DNA of 59,480 bases, filler included, from Sphacelaria rigidula (taxonomy: Eukaryota): the NCBI GenBank assembly GCA_964200075.2. It is 8 parts of 8 records of this genome, joined end to end, with 100 filler letters (N's around TTAATTAATTAA, not from the genome) between each part and the next. Parts side by side here need not be neighbours in the genome. Positions count along the whole stretch, not along the records: positions 37,240 to 44,586 come from CAXNAA020015316.1; positions 44,687 to 52,033 come from CAXNAA020015317.1; 6 more parts are not named here. One strand, 5' to 3'. Both the position numbers and the translations under genes were made by a program. The notes beneath the pieces are model-generated. The model did not search any database. It was given only the letters and a program-made list of their open reading frames with translations, and was not told where the DNA came from. Shown here piece by piece: positions 37,640 to 50,418 of this stretch (position 1 is the first letter of the stretch; each line of letters begins with the position of its first letter).

Positions 37640-38228
37640 CCCCCCCAGTATAATCCTAACAAACCAGCACGAACTACTCCAGCATGTTGGGCAAACAATA
37701 ACCAAGTGGTATACGCAACGTACACCAAATTGCATAGTAGAATCCACGAACTACGCCAACAACCAATCACAGCTTGAAATCCAATCAATCAGAGCTTGAG
37801 CCCATACTTAGCCAGCAAACGCGCCCGTACCTGCATTGTTAGTCGCAACTTACGCAATTCAGAACGTACAAACTGCGGGGCTCCTTCCAAAATGATTTCC
37901 AGAGGCTCCCACGAGCTCTCATCCTTGCCAAAACCTACCCATTCCACGTGTACAACGAAACCACCACCATCTTGAGCCTCGGACAAGTCAACGATCGCCT
38001 CCATCTCGAATTCTCCTTGCGCAAACGCATACTGGAACACTTCCTTCAGATCCGCAGTGACCACCAGCTCCTTGTCCGCGTAGTACCGTAGGCGGGAGAC
38101 ATGCGCGTCCTTCACCTCTCCGTTGACGATATTCTGAATCTCGTACACATGCTGATGCTCCGCTGCCACGATCCTCCACGGTCCTGTCCACGTACTTACG
38201 AGTTTTGGCGTTTGCCATGAAGACAAGC
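37640..38228 (-). mobile_element. Chromovirus-type Gypsy integrase C-terminus (GPY/F motif plus chromodomain) and polypurine tract
   Basis: KLVSTWTGPWRIV; EFEMEAIVD...VHVEWVGFGKDESSWEPL; stop at 37789; G8 tract at about 37640-37647 on the minus strand, probably followed by a 3' LTR. Confidence 0.88.
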
Positions 38229-38244
38229 AGCACTGAGTATTCAA

Positions 38245-38536
38245 TGTTCGGATTTTGAATGACGGGTCTGATCGGAGGGTCAGATATAGTGTGAACACTT
38301 ATAAAAAGGATATGAGCAGCAGTTTATAACGCACCCTTAGGCACTGTTTTCGAGCACCAAGGAGCTATCAACATCTGACTATTGTCCGATTGGTGAGCCA
38401 CAAGCGTGGAAGAGCATTGAGCAAGAAGAAAAACATTGAGCAAGAAGAAAAAACATTCTATAAACAAGAGCCTTGCGTCAAGTAGACATCAACCTATTGT
38501 GCGTGAACTCCTTACGAGTGGTGCCCCAGATGAGGA
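38245..38536 (+). mobile_element. Putative LTR with tRNA primer-binding site
   Basis: TG start (approximate), TATAAAA near 38300, ends TTACG at 38516, then TGGTGCCCCAGATGAGGA (38519-38536), which resembles the complement of an elongator tRNA-Met 3' end. Confidence 0.45.
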
Positions 38537-39553
38537 GTCTGACGTGCCGTGCTGGACGCGTTTCTGTACCCAAATTGAGAGTACCTCTCGGTTAAAGCAC
38601 CATCACATCGTGACATTTGGCGTTGACTCGGAGTTTCTGCTTGGTTAGCTTTGATACCTTTCACCTTGCTAGTACCCTCGCTTTCTTGTTTTCTTGTGCT
38701 TCCCCTGCGTTTGTGTTTGTTCCCTCAGTTGGACTACTGTCAGATTCTGTTTAATTTACTCTCGTACAGTTTTTGCTTTTTCCGGCAGCGTCTCGTTTCA
38801 TCAGTCGCCTTTTGTGCACGTGCCTCCCCTCCCCCTCCAGCTCTTTGCCTTCCACCCCGTCTGCCAACCCCTCTTGTGACCTTCCCCTGGACTTTCTCTC
38901 TTTGGGCACTTGTATCGCGTTCGTTCATCTCTCGCAGCGTACGCCTTCTTTCTCTTTGGCTTTACTCTGTGATATTTTCGCGTACCCCTGGAATTTCGTA
39001 CTGTAGATCTGTTTCTACCTCCCGTAGTCACCCAGGTCATTCGCCCGACGTTCATCTACTCCTGTTTTTTTTTTTTCCCCGTTCACCCCGTCTGGCGATA
39101 CAGTACATAGCTGCCGTTTGGTCAGCCTTGCTGGCACTTCCCTTCTTTTCCCCACATACAGCAATCGTGTTAACCCATCCTCTACTATTTTTTTCGATCC
39201 CCTGTTTTTCGTTCTGCTTTCTTGGTGTAGGTGTATTCGTGTGCACCTGCCTTAGTTTCTGGGATTCTCACGGAGACCCCTCCCTGGGATCACTGTCGAT
39301 TCCCTCCCTCGTCTTGTTTTTCCCAGCACAGTGCGCTCTTGCAAATCACGAGCTGCTGTTTTCTTGTCTTGGTACCCCTTTCGAGTGTGAAGTTGATTCG
39401 TGGTCTTCTACTGCGGTATTATATTGTCCCCATACATTTTTGTCACAAAAGTTACAAAAAACAAATCCTCAGGCTTCCGTTCTAGCTTTGGCTCTTGCTC
39501 GACGCTCTTTTTTTTTTTCACATTGCAGTTACTGTTGCTAGCACACATTCAAG

Positions 39554-42500
39554 ATGTCGCAACGCATTTCTGCTACGTCTTCACCCGGCGCGGGCAAGCT
39601 CTCGCCCCGCATTACACGAAGTCAGGTCAAAGCGTTGTCCACTTTTGTTGACACGGGGAATGATTCCGACTCTGCTTTGCGGAAGCCACCCGCATCCGCA
39701 GCTCGTTCACTTGCATTACATGAACAGTCTGTTCTGCGTCTACCTACTCCACCGCTTTTCAGTTCCACTTCCGACCCTGACGAGGATTCCAATCCTTCTC
39801 CTTCATAACCGGGTTCACCTCCTTCCGGCCCCACTACGTTGGCGCACCCTTCACCAACACGCGCCGTGTCCAAATTATCCTTTTCACCCATGAATGCAGT
39901 GATTGAGCTCACTGATTCCACCCGCGTCACCGACGCCCGCCCCACACCGGAACCCCGCCCTGGACTCCCCGCTTCATCACCCCACTCCGTAGCGCCAGTG
40001 TCACCCGCTACGGGTCCCACCATTCCGGCAAAATCCGCGCCTTCCTCGTCACATCCTTCCACGAGTTCACACCTCCATCGACCCGCAGCGCAGGTGTTAC
40101 CCGCTGTTCCAGGCTCCACACAGGCGGGCCCCGCGGCTGTCTCTTCCGTTACCGCCTTCACCCAACCTCAACCCCACTCCGCCACGCAGGTGTTACCCGT
40201 GCGCGCCCACTCCACGTCCGTACAACCTACCACCCAACGGCGTTTGGGTGCCACCACCGCTACCCAGGCGCACAAACTTTCGGCTTCAGATCTGCCCGCT
40301 CGGACATGCAGGTGTTACCCATGCCCGAATTTCTGCGTACCGGCACTGCTGCTCCTACCGCTTCGTCGGCGGCCCCTTCACCATCTGTTGCCATGCCAGC
40401 TACATCCACAGCCAGTGTTCTGTTCACTGTCTTGGCCGCTGTGGCACAATCCAATGCGGACTTGTCGCCACCACCGACGGTTGTTCCGGAAATGACCGTG
40501 GCCGCCGCCCTGCAGGTTCTTTGCAATACCTTGCTGCGCTCTATAGCCGCCCCTGCCGCCCCCACCGCGGTCGCCCCTGATGCACCTAGTCAGGTCGCAT
40601 CCGGACGCTCCGTCTCTCGACCCCTTTCTTCCGAAAAAAACCCGACACCTTATCACTCCACTATTTCCACCTCTCAGGCCGCACCACGTTGCTCGACTGT
40701 TGCCAGCCCCGGTGCTGCATCCCGCCGCCGAACTGTTTCCACCCCCCATGCCGCACCACGCCGCTCGACTGTTGCCAGCCCCAGTGCCGCATCACGCCGT
40801 CCAACAGTTTCCACCCCTGTTGCCGCACCGCGCCGCTCAACTGTTGCCAGCCCCGGTGCCGCATCACGCAGCCCACTCGGCCAACGGAACTCACCTCGCC
40901 CTTTCCGTCGCCGCCCCTCTGGACCAGACCCTTCAGTTGGTGCTGCTGCTTCGAAGAATGTTTTCGATGCGTACGAGTCTGAGTTCTCTTCTCTTGCCGA
41001 GTCTTCCCCCGACTCATCGAGCTATTCCACGCACGCTCCTAGCCGTTTCCGTCGCCGATCTAATCAAGGTCCGACCACCCCTCCTCATGCTGTTTGCGTG
41101 GATTTGATCAAACAACAACTTGCAGATCTACAACAACGCATCTCTTTTTTATCAGCCATGGCGACTTCTGATACCAAGACCACCCCTTCTGCCGCCACGA
41201 CCAACGCCGCTGCGCCGCCGACAACAACGGCTCCTGCCACTCTTCGCCGAGTGGACGACACTGACGCTGACAGTACCGGAGCTCGTTCCGCCACCCCCTC
41301 GGCACCCGTTGCAACGACGGGACCGACATCTTCGCGCCCCAAGTTGGGGCCCGAGCGCTGCCCCGTGGGTTGCCCACAGTGGATTTTTTATTATTTTGAC
41401 CGCGACGAACAAGAACGCGCGTTGCTGGACTTCGCTCCGAAGTCTCCGGCCCCTGCGGATGCCACTGCCCCTGCTTCCGCCCCGGCCGCGGCTTTTGCCG
41501 CAACTGCTCCCGCTACCGCTCCCGCCTCGGTGTCTGCCGCTGACGACGCTACCGCAAACGCCAATGCGGAGCGTCTTTTACGCCAAGAGTACGAAGAGAC
41601 CTTGAAACGCCTGGAGAAACAGCGTGCCAAGGCCACAGCGTCACGGACGGCCGCGCAGCGGGCTCTTACGGAGATCACGCAGGCAGAGAGAGACCTCGCT
41701 CACCGTTGCGCCGGCCTACAGGAAACTGAGCAAAAGGCTTCCGCGACCCTCCTTGAGCTGGAGGCTCGCCTCGTCACCGACCAAGCATCCACGACACCGA
41801 CACTCCAACCCACATCCCGGTCGAACTGCCGGCCCCCTTGCCCTCAGTCTCCGCCGGCCCCTCCGTCGGCGATTGCTTCAGCCCCCCCCATGGCACCCAC
41901 CTCCTCGGTGACCCGCATCTCGTACGCTGATGCCGTTTCCCTCCCTCCGCCGCCTCCATCCTCAACGCCGACTTCGAGCCCTTGTCATCTCCCCTTCGTA
42001 ATCAACTTCTTCGACCATCAGTAGTACCCCCTCACGGTTTCACAACTGTGCGGACGGTACTCCACCCGCAACCCCCTCCAGGCCGGTCGCGCAGCATGGG
42101 CAACCCTACGAGCTCCAGTCCATGCCATGGTGGATCTTTATGTTGACTCCGGCGCCACCTATCCTGAGTCGGGTCCTTTTTCTGCTACGCTTGGCGATCT
42201 TGTTCATCTCCTTTATCGGGAATCGAACCCACCCCTTTCGGGATATGAGCAAGCACTAGTAGACGTGTTTGCGGCTCTTCGAACCGCATACCAGACCGCC
42301 ACTGCCGAGGACGATGATGCCTCTTGGACCCCTGTTCCGTGGCATGATCACCGTCGCCGCACCCCTGACGATGATCGCTCTGGGGGCTCTTCTTCTCACC
42401 CCCGCCGTGGGGGATCCTCGTCGATCGGCCACAACAGTCGTAAGGCGGGCGGCAAGGCCAACAAGCGGCACGGCAGCGGCCACAGCTCCAGTGGCTCCTC

Positions 42501-44106
42501 TTCCAACCGACAACGCACGCGCGCTTCGGACTCGCCGGCGTCCGTCACCTTCTGGCCCAGGCAAGCCACACCCAAGCTTGCCGACGTTTCCAAGAAATTG
42601 TTAGGTCTTTCGGACTCTGAACAATCGGATCGGCCGTTATCCTCAGTGGCTGCTCGTAGACGTGCTGAGAAGATTATAGTTACAGCTCGTAAAGATGATG
42701 TTGTTGCCTCTGTGCCCTCAGACTCGGCCCGTGTTGCAGCTATCCAGCGTGCGTACATCCAAATGGACGTCAAGAAACTTTGGCATATCAAAACTATGCC
42801 AGCGGCTGACAACGAGGATTCTGGCAACTTCACGACCGCCCTTTTTACTTCGAAACGTCGAACAGTACGCAACATTCTGCAGTTGGCTGATGCGACAGGC
42901 ACTCAGAGTTTTGACGGCCCTGATTGGGTTGATGATTGGCAGACCCCTCTTCACAAGGCCCTGCATCGCGCTATCAATCGCCGCTCGCCGCCGATCGCCG
43001 CTTCACTTACACAGGTCGTCGACGGATTCTGTTCCGCATTGGATGTGGATCATACCAACGGGTGCCAAGGCCCAGAAATACTCTCTAATTTGGACAGGCG
43101 TTTCACCGGCTACTTCGACCATTCCACCCAGGCAAGTGCTATCCAGCGTCTGAGTTCTTTTGGCGTCGCCACTGATGTTCCCTTTGCGGATTACCTCCGA
43201 CAATTCAAGTTAACTGTCTCCAGTACGACAGGAGCAGGCCGTCAAACCGGGCCGTCTGACGCAATGTGTCAATCTTACGTGAGAAATAGTGTCGCTGAGC
43301 AGTTCCCTACACTCATGCCGTCGCTGTTTCGTGGCGCATTGGCACATCGTGACGTGCCTTATCCTTCAGTCGATGCGACGTGGAACGCTTTTATTCATCA
43401 AGAAAATAATTTGACACTCGCCATTCGCGGTGACAGGTATTCTCCTCAGCGCTCACAGCCGACTTCCACCAATTTTCCCACCGCTTCCGCTGCCCCTTCT
43501 GGGTCTCGTAACAGATCACAGAGTTCACCCCGTTCCTCTTGGGTACCCGCTTCCGTAGCTGGTTCCGTAATGAGCGTTTCACACAAGCGAGATCCTTTTG
43601 CTTCTACCTTCGATGGTTGGCCTTACTCTACTGAGACATGGGATGACGTTTACGCAGTTTCCACTTCGTCTTTCACGACGGATGATCCGTATTTGTGGAA
43701 CCCACTCCTCACCAAAGCTGCTAGATACCAGGCCTTCAGCCAACATGCCAACAGCTGTATCAACTGTAACGGCCACGGACACAGTATGCGCAATTGCACC
43801 CGTCCTTGTTTCAATGCTTCCGGTCTCATGAATTCTGAACTTCAGGATAACGAGCCCGCGTTCCATCGCTGGCAACAACGCATGCGTGACTATCGTACTT
43901 CGAACCGTCATGCTCGCAACCCACACAATCGCACAGATCGCGACAGTCGTACCAACTACGACAGTTCTAGTTGTCGGCGACGCGATAATTCTTCTCGCCG
44001 TCATTGCAACAGTGATAGACATCAGCGTACTGGACCACATCATGATCACTCCAATCCTAACGCCAGAAGCCCTGGTTCATTCCTCACTGATCGGACTGAT
44101 CCATGA
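39554..44106 (+). mobile_element. Very long Gag-like ORF1 of a retrotransposon (LTR or DIRS/Ngaro type), pseudogenised
   Basis: ORFs 39554-39808 and 39839- share a frame; frameshift near 40300; ORFs 40306-42024 and 42127-44106 share a frame; coiled coil at about 41570-41780; capsid-like PFADYLRQFK; CINCNGHGHSMRNC zinc knuckle. Confidence 0.75.
40678..40870 (+). repeat. Coding minisatellite, 72-bp unit (two related 36-bp halves), about 2.7 copies
   Basis: AAPRRSTVASP(G/S)AASRR(R/P)TVSTP repeated in the translation. Confidence 0.85.
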
Positions 44107-44921
44107 CGCGCCAACGCCGGCGTTATTACGTCTCCGGCGCCGTCGATAGCACCTACGGAGACTAACTCCACCCTGCCCTCGAAGCGCGCGGCGAAATTTT
44201 CTCGCTCCGTTTCCCCGGCACTTTGCAGGAATACTCAGAATGGCCGATCATATCGACCCCCGTCTTCATCCTTCCACAAACAGCGTAACAGTCGCGTTGA
44301 CTCACAACTTGGTGCTACGCTTAACTCTGGATTAAGTGTAAATCTGAGGTGTGGGTACACCGACCGCCCGTCCCTGAGGCAAAGGCTTCCCTCAGTGACC
44401 GCACGCGCAGGTAGTAGAGTACTTCCTTCCACTGCTTCAAGTGTTGTTGGTCTGAAATTGACCACTTCGGGCCAAGTAACACCCACCCAGCTCGATAGAG
44501 TTCGTTCTTCGCGTTCATCGACTCCTGCGAAGCTACCCCTGAATCGTTCTCATAAGAACCGTAACTCTGCACAATTGCAGATCTCTNNNNNNNNNNNNNN
44601 NNNNNNNNNNNNNNNNNNNNNNNNNNNNNNTTAATTAATTAANNNNNNNNNNNNNNNNNNNNNNNNNNNNNNNNNNNNNNNNNNNNAAATTTTTTCTTTT
44701 CATCTATAATAATAAACTTAAAAAATAAAAAAAAAAATCGCCGGCGATTTTTTTTTTTTTTTTGCCTCGATCAAGCAATGCGAACAGGCTGTACCGTGTT
44801 ACGACACGTACGAGCAGGCTACTGACGTTACGTCGAAGCACGTGCACGCATCGAAAGATCAATACCCATATGGATGATGACCCGAGTGCCACGTCAAAAG
44901 CGTTCATTACTCTCATGTCAA

Positions 44922-45174
44922 TCAGTGTCCGCTGGGACCGTGCCCCGCCATCTCCGCAGGCACATCGTTTGCAACACCCTCAACAGAGCTCGTCCTCCCC
45001 TGGCCTTCTTCCCCTTGCCCTCCTTCTTCTCCTGGTCGCTCTACTCCCCAGTCTATCGGTCCTCTCGGTTCACGTTCGCTCGTCCCCTTTCTCCTCCACG
45101 GTGCCTCCGGCTCTTTAACGTTGGCCACCGTTTGTTCTCGTAACACAGTGTCCAGGGCAGCCAGTCGCAAGTAC
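44922..45174 (-). CDS. Possible terminal exon of an unidentified host gene (YLRLAALDTVLREQ...GPSGH*)
   Basis: gatcag acceptor and open frame to TGA, with T-rich downstream sequence; no domain recognised and upstream exons not established. Confidence 0.3.
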
Positions 45175-45235
45175 CTGATCCCATCCAGAGGAAGTTCACG
45201 GGTTCGGGGACGGTGAGGTGCGCGGGGGAAGAATC

Positions 45236-45419
45236 CAAAGGGGTGTTGGGTAGGGTATCTACTTTTGAGTACCCGAGTACAACACCCGGGTATTTACTCC
45301 ACCCAACACGTGGGTAGATTGGGTACGATCTCAATACTCTTACCCATTTTTTTCTTCACCAAGAGTACAATTTTTCAAAATACCCGGGTATCGGGTATAC
45401 CCTACCCAACACACCCTTG
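45236..45419. mobile_element. hAT-type MITE
   Basis: TIRs CAAAGGGGTGTTGGGTAGGGTAT / ATACCCTACCCAACACACCCTTG; perfect 8-bp TSD GAAGAATC at 45228-45235 and 45420-45427. Confidence 0.88.
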
Positions 45420-45615
45420 GAAGAATCAATCATTAAGCACAGAACATGAAGCGGTTCTATGGGATTCTTGCACACTCCAGATTGTCAACTCATGATCTCC
45501 CTTCCCCAAGGGATAGTTACCTGGTCCATTCCACTATTTTCATACCCAATCAAAGTGCGACAAATACAAAAAAATGAAAAATAATAGGGAAAATAAGTAC
45601 CCCGTAGATATGTGT

Positions 45616-45890
45616 GGGGGGGGGGGCGATGCACTCATGCTTGCATGCCACAGTCATATGACCACTGACCTCGCATCCATACAAAGCCGGGACGGAGCAC
45701 GCCGGGTTGTAGCACGGGGGGAGGGGGGGCCTTTTTCATTTGTTGCTTGCCCTAGTCGTTTGACCATTGACCACGCATCCCTTTCGAGACGGAACACCGT
45801 TCCTATTCCTGATAGAGACACCTCCAACATTCCGGCGCTCGTTACGTTTCTTCCATACATTCCACAGAACCTTTTTACATATCTTATCGT
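45616..45890 (+). repeat. Tandem dimer of the G-run-headed dispersed repeat (both subtypes)
   Basis: The first unit matches 7274 and 37070; the second matches 7449, 5925 and 46460. Confidence 0.75.
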
Positions 45891-46459
45891 AGACTTGTGA
45901 AGGGGAGGAGAGAATCTCGGCACACTTTTCCACGTACAAGCTGCGGTGTATTCGGAATTCAGAACAGTTTCCGATTCCTGGGTAACTAGTGCTAAAACAC
46001 TACATCGTTGAAAAGGGGGACGAGCGACAGGTGGGGGGTCGGGATAACCGTGGTGTGCGCGCCTCTTAAGAAAAACTGAGTGCCCATGCTTCCTTGAAAA
46101 TCGGGACATTGCTACGGAGCAATCACCACATGGCCACGTCCTGCCGCCTGGTTGCAGACGGTGATCCAAAAGTTCATCGAGCGGCGGAATGGACTGCGCA
46201 TCTGGGCGGGAGCTGCTCTTTCACGGCTTTTAAAGCACAAAACTGTGGAGGCATTCCCGACAAATAGAATAGGGTGGATATCTGAAGGTATCCGTACGGG
46301 ACCCAAGACCCTTTTTCACGAGTAAAACATTCACCCGAATGTGAACGCCCATGTGACATTTCCTACCCTCAGGAACCATTTTGGACCCAGCTTCCCTCTT
46401 TGCTACGCACACTTCGATTTCCCTACAACAAGGGACGGGCAGAATGGGGGGAGGGGGCG

Positions 46460-46600
46460 GGGGGAGGGGTACTCATTTGTTGCTTGCCTTAGTCGTTTGA
46501 CCATTGATCACGNNNNNNNNNGATAGAGCCACCTTGCAACATTCCGGCGCTCATTACGTTTCTTCCATACATGACACAAAAAACTTTTACATATCTCACC
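46460..46600 (+). repeat. G-run-headed dispersed repeat
   Basis: Aligns with 45723-45885. Confidence 0.7.
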
Positions 46601-46604
46601 CCCG

Positions 46605-47603
46605 GCCTGTTTCGCCGTCTGTGGCTACTATGTATAGCCATCGTTTTCTCGCTACTGTCCAACGCGTCAAACGATTACATGCCACCTTCGTTCACGTCCC
46701 GCATTTCCCCCTCTAGCACGTCCCGTTCCTCCTGTATAGTTCGCATTCTGCCACCATATGGCTCCTGCTCTGTATTCCTTTGCCACAGGGGCAGTTCTGT
46801 GCACCTACTTCCTCCTGCACACGACCACTGTTAACATTATTTCTTCTTTCTGGCAGGTCCATGTCCCCCACTCGAAGTCGCAGTTTCGGATTTTTCGCAG
46901 CGTCCATTGGGCCATGCAATTATGTTTTTATCCCGATCCCCTCTTTCAACCACCCGTATATCTCCAGGTGTTCTTCCTCGTCTACTTCGCGTCTGAGCGC
47001 TCCTTTCCCCCTTATTCCTGTCATGTCTTGTACTTTTGTCTTGTACCCCACGCCTTCACCTATGGACAGTATTTATCCCACCTTATTCCAGCCTGCCCTT
47101 TCGTACTTTTCTTCCATACAGCCTTACCAACTATAGCTGGCAATCTCTTTCTCTGCATGTTTTTCACGCTATATTACCACCTCAATTTCCTCATGTCTCT
47201 GTTTTGAGTGAGTACATTCCCAACTCTGCTCTCAAAACTGTATTACTCGTCGTCTTCGAGCATCGAAGTATTTTCTTAGCTGCTGCCATCTGTGCTGTTT
47301 CGAACTTGTTCACCAACTTCACGTTCCCCTGCATATTCCAGCTTTGGTACGACCACGTTCATCAGGATACATCTCTTGATCCTAGTGTGTAGGTGCAAGT
47401 CTCTGAGAATCACGTCCATCCTTCTTATCTGTGTTTTACCCTTTTCTATTACTTTGTTCATGTGTGCATCCCAATAACAGTTTCTTGATATCTCTACACC
47501 AAGGTATGTATACTGGTCTACGATCGGCAGCTCCTCTTCTCCCCACTTCCACCTGAACTCTACCGGATGTTTTATCTTCGTTGCAGACGAGTACCGCGCA
47601 TTT
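46605..47603 (-). mobile_element. Non-LTR retrotransposon (LINE) ORF2 3' remnant
   Basis: VDQYTYLGV (end of RT), ILMNVVVPKLEYAGE, KLRLRVGD and C-terminal CPCGK..SRSHMVAEC zinc knuckle; frameshifted. Confidence 0.85.
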
Positions 47604-48004
47604 GTTAAGGGAGAGGGCCGGGGGGGGCGTCTACATCAGATACTTTTTCTTGTGAAGACACTTTTTACGATAGCCCGCCCCCCCAAAATGTCTGGTTAGG
47701 GGAGGCAAAATGTTCACGTAAATCGAAATGAAAAAAGCCGAGCACAACGAGCAGCTGGCAATTCCCACGCTTGAGTCCGCCCTCGCCAATGTCGCCCATA
47801 TGAGGCGCTTCATGCAGCCTGGATCCAAACATCAGGCGCTGTATGACCACTTTTTTCGTGACACTCTTGGACTGTTTTTTCTTTGGGGGGGGGGGCTATC
47901 GTAGAAAGAGGCTGAAATTAATTTTCACGTGCGCAGCTAATCTGAAAACAGGGATGCTTGGCCAGCGTGCCGTAACAATCACAACACTGACCACTATAAT
48001 AGGG

Positions 48005-48221
48005 CCGAAGCTCATCAGAGCAGGCTGGCGCGTGCACCGCACCAAGTTGAAAAAGGAGGTTTTAATGGGTCGGACCCCCACACAGCAAAGCTTGCGAATG
48101 CTCGAGGCGCCTACCCCACATGACTACCGTGAGGCAGTCTTGCCGAGTCTCCCGATAATCGGCACACGGACCCGCTTACGAGGTTAGTGTCGGGTCAGAT
48201 TTTCTCCGTCCTTCAAGGAAA
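48005..48221 (+). mobile_element. SINE-like element, copy 1
   Basis: Aligns end to end with the reverse complement of 49378-49620 (CGAAGCT...GCCGAGTCTCC...TCCTTCAAGGAAA). Confidence 0.6.
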
Positions 48222-49377
48222 TACTCGTATACATATATATATATATGTACTGACCATATCAATTCGACTTGACGGTCGACGAGGGAAAGGGAGTGCTGAA
48301 CCCCTCTCGCGAAAAAAAGAAGAGATAAGCACCGCAGAAGAAAGGTGGAGTACTAAAAACATGCAAAAATGAAAAAAAAAACTCTTGTGTTGACCCCCGG
48401 CTGGTGCGATCACATACAGTATACCGACAGGTGTAGACCGGCGTCCAGAATAGATGAGACGCAACACACAAAACAACACACGTATCGCAAAGTACGGTCG
48501 TGCTTCGTCGCACTCCGCTCCCCTCGCCTGAATCCTGCGGACACGATGACGATTATCCCTCCTAACGATCACCTACCTCCACATGCCGTCCCTTCCCAGC
48601 CTAGATGTCGCGCTCGTCAGAACCACAGGTGTTCGAGACACTCCAGCGTCCCTCAGGGCACTGACAACGCTTTCCAAAATCGCCTTGGAGACAGAATTGG
48701 CGGACTTATCCGCTTTTGTCAGGACGACTACATACCTGCAGTATATAAAAAAAAACAAGAATACAAGAAAAAAAAAATACACACACACAACTGAATATTT
48801 CGAACAACAAAATAAAACATCACGAACTCGTGAAACAGCACAAGAAAAAAAAAAATATATATATATATGAGAAAAAAAGCGCGGCGCGTACAATTATACC
48901 GGATGAAGTGCGTGAGTATGTACCTCGTCTTCCATCAGAAAAGCTCGGCAAATCATCGCTTTTTTTTCACACGTGACTCACGCCATGTTTTTGTTTTAAC
49001 AAGAGATGCCAACGCTATCAATTGGACCTGTGGAAGAGAGCAAGAAATGAGGATCGTCGAACGACAGACTCATGCAGGGGGGGAACGCAGGGCAAACGAT
49101 AAAGCCCTAGCACCGCATTGCTGCGACTGGTGGGTGACAAACAGACTAGTCCTCATCAATACATCATCTTCTACTATACACCCGAAGAAGGGACCGAATG
49201 GAGATAGCGTCGCGTTCACTCAAAGGTCACTGCGGGCTATCCTTGGCGGACAAAAAAGCATGCTGGTCGCGTCTCGCGGCGAAAGTCCACCGCCGGTCTG
49301 TTAAAAAATGTCACTGTCCACCGGCAATCAATCGCCCGACTCGCCGGGATCAGACCGCAGCATCGTTTTCTTTCATC

Positions 49378-49620
49378 TTTTTTTTTTCCTTGAAGGAAGG
49401 AGAAAAACCTCACCCGACAATTACTTTCATCACCCCGCGAACCGGTTCGTGTGTCGATTACCTGGAGACTCGGCTAGACCACCGTGTGTGCGGTCATTTG
49501 GGGTCAGCGCCTTGAGCGTTCGGAGAGCTTTGCTCAAGGCAGTGTGTGGGAGCTGAACCCACTAAACCCCCCCGTCAAGTTCGAGCAGTGCACCCGCCGC
49601 CCTACTCCTATCAGCTTCGC
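49378..49620 (-). mobile_element. SINE-like element, copy 2, with A10 tail
   Basis: Homologous to 48005-48221; degenerate B-box-like GGGTTCAGCTCCC; poly(A) end. Confidence 0.6.
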
Positions 49621-50418
49621 AACATCGTGTGGGCCACACACAGTGCAACCGACTCGTTGCGGCCGATTCGACGTAACCGACCCGGGTGAACGAAAACAAA
49701 AGGGGGGGGGGGGGACGGATTTGGCGCGCAACAGATCTTTACACCGACAGACGTGAGCAACCCATGCTGTACAGCAAATCGCCAGCGAGCTCAAGCAGAG
49801 CAAACCTGAAGATACCGTCGATAATTTGGCCTTCATTTATGTATGCATGCAATACGAATTCTCCCAAGATCCGCTTAGACGGTAATGTCATGTCCGACCC
49901 GACAGCCCAGTGCGTCTACGGGGATGGTTCGAGGACGCTGCGTCCCGAAGCCGATGTTTGAACGAGCCTGGAATGAGTGGGGGAGGGAGGGGTCGACGAT
50001 GCGAGTAGAGCCGAAAGATATATCCCCGCATGGCGTACCTTAATACAAGCGAGCAGGTGGCTCAGGGAGGCGGTCCAAGCTGGCGGGTTGGACTTGTTTG
50101 GTGCTTGGACGTGAGTGCGAGAGAAGCGCGATAGTATGTTGGAGTTGGGGGATATGAGGGGGCGGTACCGTCGTCGTCTGAAGAGAGAAGATGGGCGTTT
50201 AGAGGGACTAAAAGCTGGAGAGCGAGCAGTACCTTAACGGCGACGACGGGAAAAAATTCTATTATATATGGCACCAGCATCAGATACAGAAAATATGGGA
50301 AGGAGACGACTACATCCCTACTTTGCTGAGAAAAACATCAACCACCTCTCCGCCCAACCGCCATCGCGAGCACTCACACTCCACCGCTGAAAGGTGCGTA
50401 GCTTATCGGAGAGACTTC

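Noticed and set aside
38651-39541. 296-aa hydrophobic ORF as an env-like or membrane protein
   Set aside because: The F/L/S richness follows from the pyrimidine-rich leader; it has a non-ATG start and no recognisable motif.
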